64,000 bases of DNA, taken from positions 5,392,823 to 5,456,822 of the forward strand of contig CM119263.1 in NCBI GenBank assembly GCA_051294375.1, written 5' to 3'. The notes beneath the pieces are model-generated. The model did no database searches. It saw only the letters and a list, made by a program, of their open reading frames with translations, and was not told the DNA's origin. This stretch comes from Paraspadella gotoi. Its lineage: Eukaryota > Animalia > Chaetognatha. Made by a program: the position numbers and the translations under genes. Below, in pieces: positions 27,409-40,382 of this stretch (the first letter of the stretch is position 1; each line of letters opens with the position of its first letter).

Positions 27409-30400
27409 ACCCTCTCTCGCGTTTTACTTTCGATTCACGACTAATAATTTCTTTTTCGTTTTTTTCGTCGGGACTCACGTTTTCAGACCAACAATTTATT
27501 AAGCAAGATAATTAAATATATGTGTATATAGTATAATAACTCATACGAGTTAAAAAAAATTAATTTGTTTATAAATATTACGGCTTTTCATCAAGTATTT
27601 ATATTATTAAATTTATTCAGAACAATAAAAGAACAAAATACAGTATGTATGTACGATATATGTTATTATTTAACAAAGATTATTGGATACATAACATTAA
27701 AAAATAAAAAAAAATATTGAAACAAATTAAATATTACACAGCCTTAATATAAATTAATACACAAATGTCGCAACTTCGCGCAAAACAACTTCCTACTTTT
27801 TCTTCTTTCTCACCCAAACGCGATTTTGATACTGAAAAAGGCTGCGGTGACGTGGAGGTGCGAAGGTCGCACAGATGCAGGATTCCAGGTGCCACCGAGC
27901 GACCGACAAACCGACAGAACTACCAATGGATATCAAAGCAGAACTTGTCGGCCAAATAAGGGGGGGGAGGCGGGCGCCAAAGCTCAGGCTCATTAGGTTA
28001 ATTTGGTCGCAATCACAACTCTCTCTCTCTCTCTCTCTCTCTCNNNNNNNNNNNNNNNNNNNNNNNNNNNNNNNNNNNNNNNNNNNNNNNNNNNNNNNNN
28101 NNNNNNNNNNNNNNNNNNNNNNNNNNNNNNNNNNNNNNNNNNNNNNNNNNNNNNNNNNNNNNNNNNNNNNNNNNNNNNNNNNNNNNNNNNNNNNNNNNNN
28201 NNNNNNNNNNNNNNNNNNNNNNNNNNNNNNNNNNNNNNNNNNNNNNNNNNNNNNNNNNNNNNNNNNNNNNNNNNNNNNNNNNNNNNNNNNNNNNNNNNNN
28301 NNNNNNNNNNNNNNNNNNNNNNNNNNNNNNNNNNNNNNNNNNNNNNNNNNNNNNNNNNNNNNNNNNNNNNNNNNNNNNNNNNNNNNNNNNNNNNNNNNNN
28401 NNNNNNNNNNNNNNNNNNNNNNNNNNNNNNNNNNNNNNNNNNNNNNNNNNNNNNNNNNNNNNNNNNNNNNNNNNNNNNNNNNNNNNNNNNNNNNNNNNNN
28501 NNNNNNNNNNNNNNNNNNNNNNNNNNNNNNNNNNNNNNNNNNNNNNNNNNNNNNNNNNNNNNNNNNNNNNNNNNNNNNNNNNNNNNNCGCTCTCTCTCTC
28601 TCTGTCAAAATAACCTAAAGAACGACAAGGCGGTAATTAAAGGAAAAGCGACAGGGAAAACAAACTATGAGCATCGAGCAATAAAAACCAAAACAGAATA
28701 GAAACGAGGGGAATTGAAAATAAGGAAAAGAAAGAGGGAAAATACAAGGGAATAAGAAAAAGGTTATAAAGAAAGAAAACGGAAAATAGAAATAAGAAAA
28801 TATAAGGGAATAAGAAAAAGGATGTACAGAAAGAAATAGGGAAGAAAGCCAAAAAAAAAGAAAAAAAGAAAATAAGCTAAAAAGAAAAGAGAAAGGGAGA
28901 GAGATGTAGTTAAAAAGGAAAGAAATAGAAAAAAAAGAAAGAAAAAGGAAAATATAAATAAAAAACTCAAGATAGAAATAGAGAAAATAGACAGAAAAAA
29001 AAATAGAAAGAGAGAAAAAGAAAGAAAGAGGAAGATGGAGTTTCCGCTCGATCGAAATTCCAATACGGAATGATTTACGAACTCGGAACTCGCGACGCCT
29101 CATCACTGACAGAACTATCTTGACCGATACAGACGAAGGTCTTACCCGCCAGGGCCGATCGTCACCGACACCGCCCTCCATCTTAGCCGAGGGTCTTTGC
29201 CGACTCCTAGGATGATCTTGCCCGACGCCGCACTCCATCTTGAGCGACGCCGGCTTCATCGTCGCAGGATTAACTTCGGTTCCATCGGATTCCATTTTTT
29301 TTTCTTCCGGCAGATGCGGCGCTGTCTGGTCACGTGACCATTGGGTCATAGGCACCTGATAATAGGGTCATGAGCGCCTGACCAGTAGGTCGTTGTCTCC
29401 AGTACATTCTGCCGAGTGGGTACCGACCGCTGGGTCCATCTTGAGTCTCGAGTCTCGACCTCTTCAGATCAATTATCAACTTTCTCTATTTTTTTTCTGG
29501 TGATTTCAAGTGACCCTTGAATTATGGTCACGTGACCTTTGGGTCAGAATTTCTTCGAGATGGATCGTCGTCGTCAGCGTGTTTTTTTCCGTCGTCGTTG
29601 TCGTCGTCGTCATCGTCGTAGTCGCTTCTCCCATTGTAGATGACAATTAAACGAGTCAAAAAGCCTTCATCTTTTCCCCCCAAAAAATTATCAACATTGA
29701 ATTCAGAACAAACAGAAAGTTCCCCAACTTTCGCCTTTTTTTTATTGTTATAACTTGATGAAAAAAAATATCACGTAATATCGTTCTTTAATATTTTTAT
29801 ATTAACTAAAAAGGCTGGAAATTTACAAATATCTTCATCCGTGATTGGTCGAGCCTCGTCGTCCTCAATCTCTGATTGGTCGAGCCCAATCGCCCCTCCG
29901 GCCTTTTTCTTGATTGCGCGAGCGACCAAAGCCGACGGCCACAATCTGTCTATCGGTTCATCTTTCTCTCTTTTTTTCTTTCTTTTTTCTTTCTTTTTTT
30001 TTTCTCTAAGAATCGAAATCCCGATCTCCCCTGACAGAAACGACGACGTCTCATCTTTTCTTCTTTTCCTTTTTTTCCTTCTTTTATTTCCTTTTTCCTT
30101 TCTTCTTTTCCCCCCCTTTTCCTTTCTCCAACCTTCATAAAACTGTCTCGCTCTCAGTCTGAGACTCGGACAAAACGATTCGGACTTGGGAAAGAATAAG
30201 AAACCCAATCGCCGATTTCGACCCCCAAAAAATATTTTTTTCTCTCTATATGAACCCGACTTCTCTTTTCTTTTATTTTTCTCTTCTCTATTACTCTCCG
30301 CCTCTTTACCCTTTTGTTTTATTTTCTCTTCTTTGTTTTTCTCTTATCTCTTTGTTTTCTTTCGGGCGGACAATAATGTGGTCATCGGGTCTGACCCTTT

Positions 30401-31898
30401 TTTCCACCTCGACTCAGACACGAACCCGTCAGACCCTGATCCAAACAAGAAGCCGAAGCCAAAGGTCGAGAAGTTGTGAACTTATATTATTTCTTCTTCT
30501 CTTTTTCACTTCCTATCTAATTCTTTTATGATTAGACGAGTAGTTTTTAATCTTTCTTTGTTATAACTATCATTTCTATTAATTTTGTAATATTCTTTAC
30601 TCAATTTATCTTCATCGAATCGTAGCGATGATCGAGACGTCGCGATGACAACGACAACAACAACAATCACGACGATGACGACGGCGAGAAAGATTCGACG
30701 ATCCAAATCGAGACTCATCGAGAATCAATGACAACGACGACGACGACGACGACGACGACGACAAAGGTCGAACGAGGTCGCGCCTTCCGACGCGATTGAA
30801 AGCGATCGCGAACCTGGAGGCGAAAAGATAAAAGATGAAAAGACTAAAAAAAAGTAAACTAACCAAAAGACTAATTAAATATGGATGAATAACAAATGAA
30901 AAAAAAAGAATAACAATACTATATTGTTTTTGTTGTTCTCATGAGAAAATAATAAAAAGACGAATCTTTAGAGCGAAACGCTTCATGTCTCTGAAGTTAA
31001 GTTCCTTGGCAAGGAGAAGAAGTTGAGGGAGAAATATAATAGAAATAATAGCAAAAACCGATAAAAATAATTATAAATATATTAAATGAATGAGAAGTGA
31101 AACAAGATACGGAGAACTCACGGACAGACGGACAACAGGCGTTCCATAACAGGCGCTCTTTCAACAGGCGTTCCGAAATATTATCAGGCCGACCACTCAA
31201 TGATTCCCTCACATCTGCCCGAGTCACCTTTGCTCCTTTGCCCGAATAAACTCCAACGACTCGACACCTGCCCGATTTTCAGCCTTCGTTGCCCGCCGCT
31301 CTCTTTCAATCCTGTTACACCTGCTACATCTGCTACACCTGCTAGAGTCATACTCCTTCTTCACCCATAAAGTCAACCCAACTCCATCCCCTCGCCCATT
31401 ATAGCCTCTCTCTCTCTCTCTCCTCCTACCTCACCTCGCTCTGATTCTTATCTCTCTCTTCGTCTCTCTCATCTCATCTCTCTCTCTCATCGTCTCTCCC
31501 CATCTCCGTTCTTCCTCCGCTCCTCTCCGAGTTCTCCTCCTCTCCTCTCATCTGACACTATTGTTTTTCCCCTCCCGGTTATTTTTGGCGACGTTGGAAA
31601 CTTTATTTGTTTTCCTCTTCTTCTTTTCCGATGTCTTTTTGTTTATTTTCCAATCGACTTTTTGTGTCTCCATCTTTCGGAGGCCGAAAAAAACCTGTCG
31701 GTTTTTCTGTTTCTGTTTCTGTTGTTTCGTTTTTGTTTTTGTTTTCATCTTTAAGTCGACATCTGAAGCGCGAGAGTCACGGAACTCATCATTATCGCCA
31801 CCGATTTTGTTTTTCCTTGTTGTTGTTGTTGATGTTGTTTTTCCGCGATTGACGATTATCTCTCCTAATTGTTTTCGCAAATGTCTTCTTCTTCTTCT

Positions 31899-31935
<37 letters not shown>

Positions 31936-32022
31936 TGCCGTCGTCGTCAGCTTGATGATCATCGACGGGTTCCCGGCGGTTTATGTCTTCGTCTCATAAG
32001 AAGATGAACTTCGGCCTTGAAA

Positions 32023-32070
<48 letters not shown>

Positions 32071-32399
32071 TCGTCAGTCGAGTTTCTTTCTTCTGCTTCG
32101 ACGGATCACGTGATCTCCACGCGATGAACTCCATTCGTTGTCACGTGATGAAAGTCCGAAAGGCGGATGGAGTCACGTGATCAGATCTCCTCATCGTCAT
32201 TGATCGAAAAATTCCTTCGAATTTTCAGTCAGAAGAAAATATGATTTGTCGTTCTTTTATTTTTGTTACAATGGAAACTATAAATAATAGTTTAACTAAC
32301 TCTTATTTAAATTAGAACTCAGAATTGACATTATAACAAGATTATATTCTAAATCAAAGAAAATCTAACGATAAGGAATTAGTGGTTCTTAAAATGATA

Positions 32400-32495
32400 C
32401 AGGAGCGACTTAAGCCAAAGGAGCGACTGAAGTCAAAGGAGCTACTAAATTCGAAGGAGCAACTGAAGTCAAAGGAGCAACTGAAGTCAAAGGAT
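32400..32495. repeat. 18-bp minisatellite (aaggagcaactgaagtca) x5
   Basis: Direct observation. Explains the KEQLKS ORF. Confidence 0.85.
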
Positions 32496-33470
32496 CGAGG
32501 TTCGAAACGAAGTAAAATGTTTACAAAATATTTTTTATTCATTATAATGAGACACAAATCTGAAACATTCATATGCGCATAATTAATCACCTTTCTGGTT
32601 ATATCCCGTTGTCTTTTGAGCGACATTTTGTAACATCTCTCATGTCATGTTACATTGGATGGTTAGTGGCTATTATCCAGTATTTCATTGGCTCAAACTC
32701 TCGACCAATCACGTGACTATCCGATCGTCCCTCGNNNNNNNNNNTCATCGCCTGGAAGTGGCCGAAAAGAACTGAAGAACGGACGAACGGACGGAGGGAT
32801 GGACGGACGGTCGGATGGACGGACGGACGGACGAACAGGCGTACGGACGGATGAACCGTTTCTAGATTTTTCCCTCCTTTTCTTGACGTTGAAAAGAGAA
32901 GAAGAGGAAAAGATTGAGCGAAGATTAAATATCGGAAGTGAAATCGAAAGGTGAGAGAAAAAAAGAAATCGGATGACAGATGAAGGGAGACGAAGATTAA
33001 TCATTATTATAAAAAAAAACCATATTTATGTATTGTTAAAACTGATATTTTGTTTATCCGTTTCAAAGTCATTTCCATCTGGAACCAGATTGCCTTTTTT
33101 CCGCCGCTACGCGTCGTCGCGTCGTCTGAGCCCCAAATTCTTAGAAATTCTATTTTTAGTTTGGATGGAAAAATCAGAAGCGGAAATCAGAAGTGGAACC
33201 GGAAATTGAATCGGAAAATAGAATTCGGAAGTTGAAATCTGATGTTAAGGAAATAAACAAAAAGTTTTCAACTAAATGTTAAAATTTGAGTCAAAAGTTT
33301 CGAAGAGAAATTGAAAAGTCAGTGGACAGAAAATTTGAAGGCAAAATTGAAATTGATTATTAAAAATTGTAAAGTGGAAGAAGTAAGAATGTGATTATAA
33401 AATGGTGAGACAATGCGAAAGAGAGAAAGTAGGAGAAAAAGATAGAAAGAAATAAGAAAAAGGAAGAGAT

Positions 33471-33553
<83 letters not shown>

Positions 33554-34272
33554 GAAAGATAGAAAGAGAAAGAAAGAAAAAAAGAAAAAGATAGAACGAG
33601 AAAGAAAGAAAAAAAGAAAAAGATAGAAAGAGAAAGAAAGAAAAAAAGAAAAAGATAGAAAGAGAAAGGCGGAAGTAGTGAAGAGACGCGGAAAGATTTA
33701 CGACCCGAAAAACTCGTTCGCCTCCAACGAGATCCTTGTTGTTGTTGTTGTCGTTGTTGTTCGCCTCCAACGAAATCCTCACCCGCGAAACTCATTTCTT
33801 GTTGTTGTTGTCGTTGTCGTTGTCGTTGTCATCATCCAAAACCGGAACTGAAATCATCGAAGGAAAGAAAATCATTACGGACGAAATGAAATTGATTCAG
33901 GAGATGAAGTTAAATTGTTTTTCATTAACTACGAATTGATGTTTTCTTTAAAATTAAATTTTTGATTCCTTTACATTTTTAGTAATACATGACATCCTTT
34001 GCTAAGTTGCTCTAGTGAAAGATCGAGAAAAAAGGCAAGATGGGAAAAGAAGAGAAAGAAATAAAGAGAAGGAGAAAGAGAAATAAAAAAAAATTAGAAG
34101 AAGAGAAAGAAATAAAGAGATAAGAAGAAGAAGAGATGTAGAATCCAGGCACCATGAGTTAGCGAAACAGTTTCGCTCGTATTGAAATTAATTTCTTGAT
34201 CTCTCGATGCTTTAGGCTAATGTGTTTATCATTTAATATTTGCGATGGAAGAAAACATAATCAGAGCAAAAC

Positions 34273-34307
<35 letters not shown>

Positions 34308-34318
34308 CTCTTCTCTCG

Positions 34319-34352
<34 letters not shown>

Positions 34353-35158
34353 TCTAATTAGAGGGTCAGTTGTTGACCCCCGGGGTCACTGGCATTTGCG
34401 TCAGCGATCCAACGCGGCGGCGGCGGCAGCGGCGGCGGCGGCGGCAGAATCCCCCCTCGTCATAAATCGAGCGAAAAATGACAGAAAAGACGAAACAACA
34501 TCGACTAAAGAGAAACGTTTTTTGATTGGAGGTTGAGACTGGAGCGATGGAGCTAGGAATAGGAGCAAAGAGGGTTACAAGAAAAGGAGTGGAGCGACAA
34601 ATTAAGTCTTATGTTAGATTTATGACTAGTTAATGTCCTGGTATTATTTTTTAGGGCTTCATTTTAGCATAAATCAATTATATTATCATAGCCACTCAGA
34701 GGCATTAATTGATTTTCATTTTGTTTCTGATTGATGAACACGAATTTGGTCTTCAAGTTAATGAAAGCAAAATATAATTTACAGTTTATATAATATAGTT
34801 TATACATATAAAACGTACGTTTTGGCTTACGATATAATTTTCTTAAGATGTTAAAATCTCGATTGAAGATTTTTTTTGTCTCGTTGCGGGTTACAAATTT
34901 TTACCAATGGTCACCATATGTCTTCATTTTCAGTGATAAAATTTAGTACGTTATTGAGTTAGAATATAAAAAGAAAGAATAAATTTAATTTCACACCAAA
35001 ATCAAAATAAACAACGAAACAATAAACAACAGTAAACAAAAGATTCTTCGATGAAAAGATTCGCTACATTCAACCTTCACTCATTCAGGTCAACACAAAA
35101 TTTCGAAGCGCCAGAGTTTCTCCCTGAATTCTCGCTCCAATTCTTAAACCCCCACGCC

Positions 35159-35290
<132 letters not shown>

Positions 35291-38186
35291 AGTGGGAGGG
35301 GGGAAAGTTTATTCACATAGCAGTAAATCTAAATCAGGCTTCTACCAAATCCGAAAATCACTTGGGGGCGAAAAAGAAAAAAGGATCCAAGTAGATTTGT
35401 CTTGTTATCGCTGTCACTTCTTCACTGAAGAATCAGGAAGAACAAAAACTCTCAAGATTTTTCCTAAGGCATCTAAAGGAAGTTAATATGAGATGGAAAG
35501 TTTTTTATACAATTTGCAACGCAGAATTGACATAAATTTTTGCGAATGTTGTTTGATTAAGTATTAAATAACTATTATGTCGTATAAAGCCGAGTAATTG
35601 TGTAAGGTAATGTTAATAAAAGTCCTACTTCTTTCCTTTTAAATTTTCCTCTTTTTTGTTTTCATTTCTTAAACTCACCACCGCCGATCACCTTCGATCA
35701 CCTCACCCACCCTCTTTCCATCTACCTCACTTTTTCCTTCTCCCTCGTTCCTCACCTTTCGGTCAGCGATTTTGATATTTATTTTCCTTTTTTATCCTTT
35801 TTTTTCGGTTTCTTTTAGTAACGAAAAAAGTTGAAAACTTTTCGGGATTTTTTTTTTTTCGTTTGAAGTTAAAAGGAAAAATTTTAGAAAAAAACTTTTA
35901 TTTTTCGAGACTTAATTTTTTTTGTTTTTGTTTTTCGTTTTTTTTTTGGTGAGAATTCAAAGAAAATTTTTCGCAAAAATCGGGTTAATGTCACTGTCGT
36001 CATTGTCGTCGTCATTGTCGTCGTCATATGTCCTTTTTTAAAGAAATATTCTCGTGATATAATTTGAAACCCGTGAAACTAAAGTGTAATTTTGAATACA
36101 TTTGTGCATATAAACACTTTCATAGAATGTAGAGTTTTTTTTAGTTCGCATATAACTCGACAATAATTGAAGTTTATTAATAATCTGGATTCAATTTTTT
36201 TTTTAAATTAACTTCTGCGAAACGACATTCAAAAATTCAGCTGCGACTATAATGTATTTTCCCTCAAAAAATCGAGTTGAAAAGTCGCTTGAACAGAACA
36301 GTTTAAAGACCAAGAAAATTTTTATCAGCACTAAGTTAGCAATTTATTTGTTTAAAATCATTTGGTTAAACCACAAGCCGTAAATGTAAATAAATAGTTT
36401 TATTAAGTTTCAATAAGACATATGGAAACCTCTCAGAGAACACAATACTCCATAAAGTCATAAACTAGGGGGGACTTAGAATTATTATGAATTATCAGAT
36501 TAAACCTTAAAGCTCTAAAAGCATTAAATGTTATGCGTGAAATATAGCCAGAAAAACAAGAGAGCACCGGGAAGGTTATATCTAAATTTTTGAAAACCAA
36601 CAGAGGTCCTTCTGTTCAATGAAAGATCAAAGAAATAAAACAAACGAACATTGAGATCGGGACAAAACAATTTACAGAAAAAAAGAGAAATGAGATAATA
36701 AAATAAATTGATTAGTTGAAGCTACAGCCTAAAACCCGCAACACCAAGTATGGAATTAGAATCTTCTATTTATCTCAGTAACTCAGTAATTACCCTCAAT
36801 GTTTATCTATTTATATTCTTATTTAAAAATCTGAAGTCTGTTGTAAAGAAACTATTGAAAAATACTCTTTCTTTATCTTACTTAAAATATTAAAAAATAC
36901 TCAACTAAATAAATATCGTAAAACTGATATGGCGAGAATAATTCTTACCTTATCAAAGCGATAAAAGTTAAAACTGAAATTGACGTCCAAGTTACTTTCC
37001 CTCTTATCGGCTGCGGTTTTCATTTTTATATTTTTTTCTTTTTAATATTTAACAAAACCACAAGTTTAAGTTCGAAAAACAGAAAAAGGTCTAGAGATTT
37101 TAAAAACGGGATGTAGGATTTAAAAAAAAGGCAAATGTCGCGGAATGAAAAAAAAAGATTTCTTACTCTTAGCAGCAAAAGCGGTTTTACTTTTACTTTT
37201 AGTAGCTCAACTCTTAAAAAAAGAAAAAAGATAAAAAACTCTAAAACGCGAGACAATAAATTCCTTTCGCCAAGATATTTTCCTCGGCTCTTTGGGCCAT
37301 ATCTGTCTTTCTCTCTCTTTTTCGACCTTTTATTTCCGAACCATTGAAACGTAAGCACCAGTAACTTGGAAATGAAGGCAGACCGACCGACTGACGGAGG
37401 GGGAAACACACCCTACAAGGCATTTCTCTCTCTCTCTCTCTATCACCCTCTCTCCCAATGACATGCTCTCGACATTTCCTGTTAATGACGTCATTCGCCA
37501 AAATCGTTTTTCCGTTAAAATGAAAAATCAAAACGAAAAAATCGATCGACGCCGAATCAATATCTCCTCTTCCTCCTTCCCCTCCCTCCTTCCCCTCCTC
37601 CTCTTCCTCTTCCTTTGACACTTATCATCCTTACCAACTTCTCCCTACTTTTCCACTTCCATCTCTTCTTTCCACTCCCCCGCTTTCCACATCCCTACCT
37701 CTTACCCTTCCTCTTACCCTCTGCCCCGTGCTTCTTCTCTAATTCTAATAGTTAGTTAATAAATAACTTAATATGTAGATAAAAGGTATTTTATTCTGGA
37801 TATCGTACTTTATTTTCTAATCAATATCAAATTATATAAAAGCTGAACCTTGTACATTAATAAAAAACGAGGATTATGATCATATGTAAAAAAAAAGCAG
37901 GAAAACCTTTCGCGGTTTTTTTCTCTTTTTTTTATGAGGTAATAAAGGCTATAAAAGAAAAGAAGCCAGTTCTTCATTTCAGGGTCAAAATGGACAAGAG
38001 AAAGGGAGAGAAAAATAGGAGAAGAAGGTGGGAAGGGGAAATGGGAAACGGGAAGGGGGATCTGGGAACTTGGTAGTACGAGTACGAGGGTTTCGGACGA
38101 GCGGCAATGATAAAAGGGAAAAGTGAGCGAGTGATTATGAGAGAGGGAGAGAGAGAAGGGAGAGAGAGGAGAGAGAGAAGAGAGAA

Positions 38187-38222
<36 letters not shown>

Positions 38223-40382
38223 GAAGGAGAGAGAGAGAGAGAGAGAGAAGAGCGAGAGAGAGAAAATGGAGAAAATAGACGTGGAGATAAGCTTCGGCTG
38301 AGCGCCGAATGACAGACGTCGAGAGAGGAGAGAGAGAGAGAGAAGAGAGAGAGAGGAGAGAGAGAGAGAGAAATGGGGGAGTGAGATCGAAAAAAAGGGA
38401 GAGAAACGAAACTCGAACAGTTGGTTCTATATCTAAAAATTAGTCATATCGCGATTTCCTCTCGTTTCTCCTTTATTTTCCTTATTTTCCTTTTTTTCCT
38501 TTTTATTTGACGATGAATTCGTTCGTGACGAAGAAGAAAGAAGAAACTCGCGACCCTAATTCTTCGATCCGTTGAAGGAATCACGTCTCGTTATGAATGG
38601 GGGGGGGAATAAGAAAATAAGGGAAAGAAAAGGGAAAGGAAATCGAAAAGAAAGAAAGGAAAAAGAAAGAAAAGAATCGAGTGGTCAAAAAAGGTAAGAA
38701 AAATTGAGTGGAAGATTAGAGAAAGAATAGGGGAAGTAAATCGGAAAGAGAAAAAAGGACACATTTTAGAGAAAAATGAGAGATAAAAAGAAAAAAGAAG
38801 AAAAAAATGGCTAAAAAGGACATGGATATCGAAAAAGGGAGTGGAAAAGAAAATATAAAAAGTGGGAAGCGGGGAGAAAGAGACGGGAAAACTGGTGAGA
38901 GAAAATGAGGAAAAAAAATTTTTAAAAAAACTGTGAAGGGAAACAAAAATAGAGAGAGAGTGGAGGTTAGAGATGAAGTCAACTTTGGAGGAGAAAAAAG
39001 AGGGAGGGAGAGGAATTGATGTTTGGAGTGAAGGGGAAAATGGGGAAGGGAAAGGGGAAGTAATGGGGAAAAGGGAATGGGGAAACGAGAAATAGGGAAA
39101 GGGTAGTAAGGAAGGGGAGAGGAGGGGAAAAAAGGGAATATATTTGATATAAAGCGTGAGGGGAGAAAGGGTAACCAGAGGCTCAACACTAAACAGATTC
39201 TGAAAATTGACGTCATTCCATTTTTTATTATTTTTCTTTAGATTTGTTTCTTTTTATACATTAAGACGATAAATGAGGGTCACGCATGGCAGGGGCTGAA
39301 GAGAAAGGGGTAAAGTAATCAGGGTGGCGGTTCTCAAGAGTTCTAAGGCTTGAAATGATTGAAAATAGATGAAACTGTCTATCACGACGTCTTCAAGACG
39401 TTGAGCTTAAAAAATAACCTTGTGCATAGAAATTTTCTGTATCCGGCCATTTCTCAAAAGAGAGTGAAACTCATAAAAAAAACCAGGATAAACATGGCGG
39501 TCTTGGCTCGGTGTCGGACGACGAAACTTTGGACGAAAAGAAATAAAAAAAAAAGGAGAAACTCGTAAAAAGTTTCACCGCAGAAAAAGATACTACGACA
39601 AAATTCGGTTTAGCTACGGATCTAATTACCATAGGGAATCTTTAATAAAATCTTGATTAACATTTTCAATAAAAAGTTACCAGGGGAAAAATAAGTTTAA
39701 AAGTAATAAGTCATTGACGGATTTATCACAAGACCTACAACTACGTCATCAAATTCACTTGACAAAAATCACAAGGGAGGGAATAATCTCGAGTGTCTCG
39801 GAATTTTGTCCTCGTTATCGCCTTTTAACTGACAGGCGAACTACAGGATCTGGGGTTTAACTAAAAATCGAATACAACAGAATAAGTTGTATTTGATTAA
39901 ATACTAATATTTTTTTTCAATGTTATATTACTATTAGACATTAAAAAAATTATTGAATTGCCATAATTTTGGGTTATAACCTGCAAATGTAATTGTAAAC
40001 AAAGAAAAGTAAGCCCGGGTTTTGTCTTTCATTTTCGTCTGCTAAGAAAGTAGCGGCTGCTGCAGGTTCTGACACTCCTGACGCAGCTAAGGATGATAGT
40101 ACCGCTGCTGCTGCTGCTGTTGTCGGTAAACTGAGACAGCTGAGTCACCCAGTAAATAACTTTTTATTTCTAGAAGAATATCCTCGGAATTTGTTGATCA
40201 AAATGGTTTAATTAAATACATTTTTAGTTAATTTTTATGAAAGTTTTTATTTTTGAGAATCTTTCATCTCGTTTTCATTGTTTTATCCCCTAAAAAATGG
40301 TTTGTTTTTCTATTTGTTGCTCAGTTGACGGAGTGTATTCCGTTTGTCGTCTTTTCTTACCCACCTTCGTCACCATGAACTC

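Noticed and set aside
27793-28701. Long ORFs spanning N runs (also 174-736 and 26805-27478)
   Set aside because: Open only because of assembly gaps (X residues).
29356-29440. In-frame TGA readthrough or selenocysteine extending the KME ORF upstream
   Set aside because: A splice acceptor just after the TGA explains it more simply; no SECIS or selenoprotein motif seen.
30360-30479. Coding-looking peptide DNNVVIGSDPFFHLDSDTNPSDPDPNKKPKPKVEKL
   Set aside because: No AG acceptor at the end of the pyrimidine tract, no partner exons, no recognisable homology.
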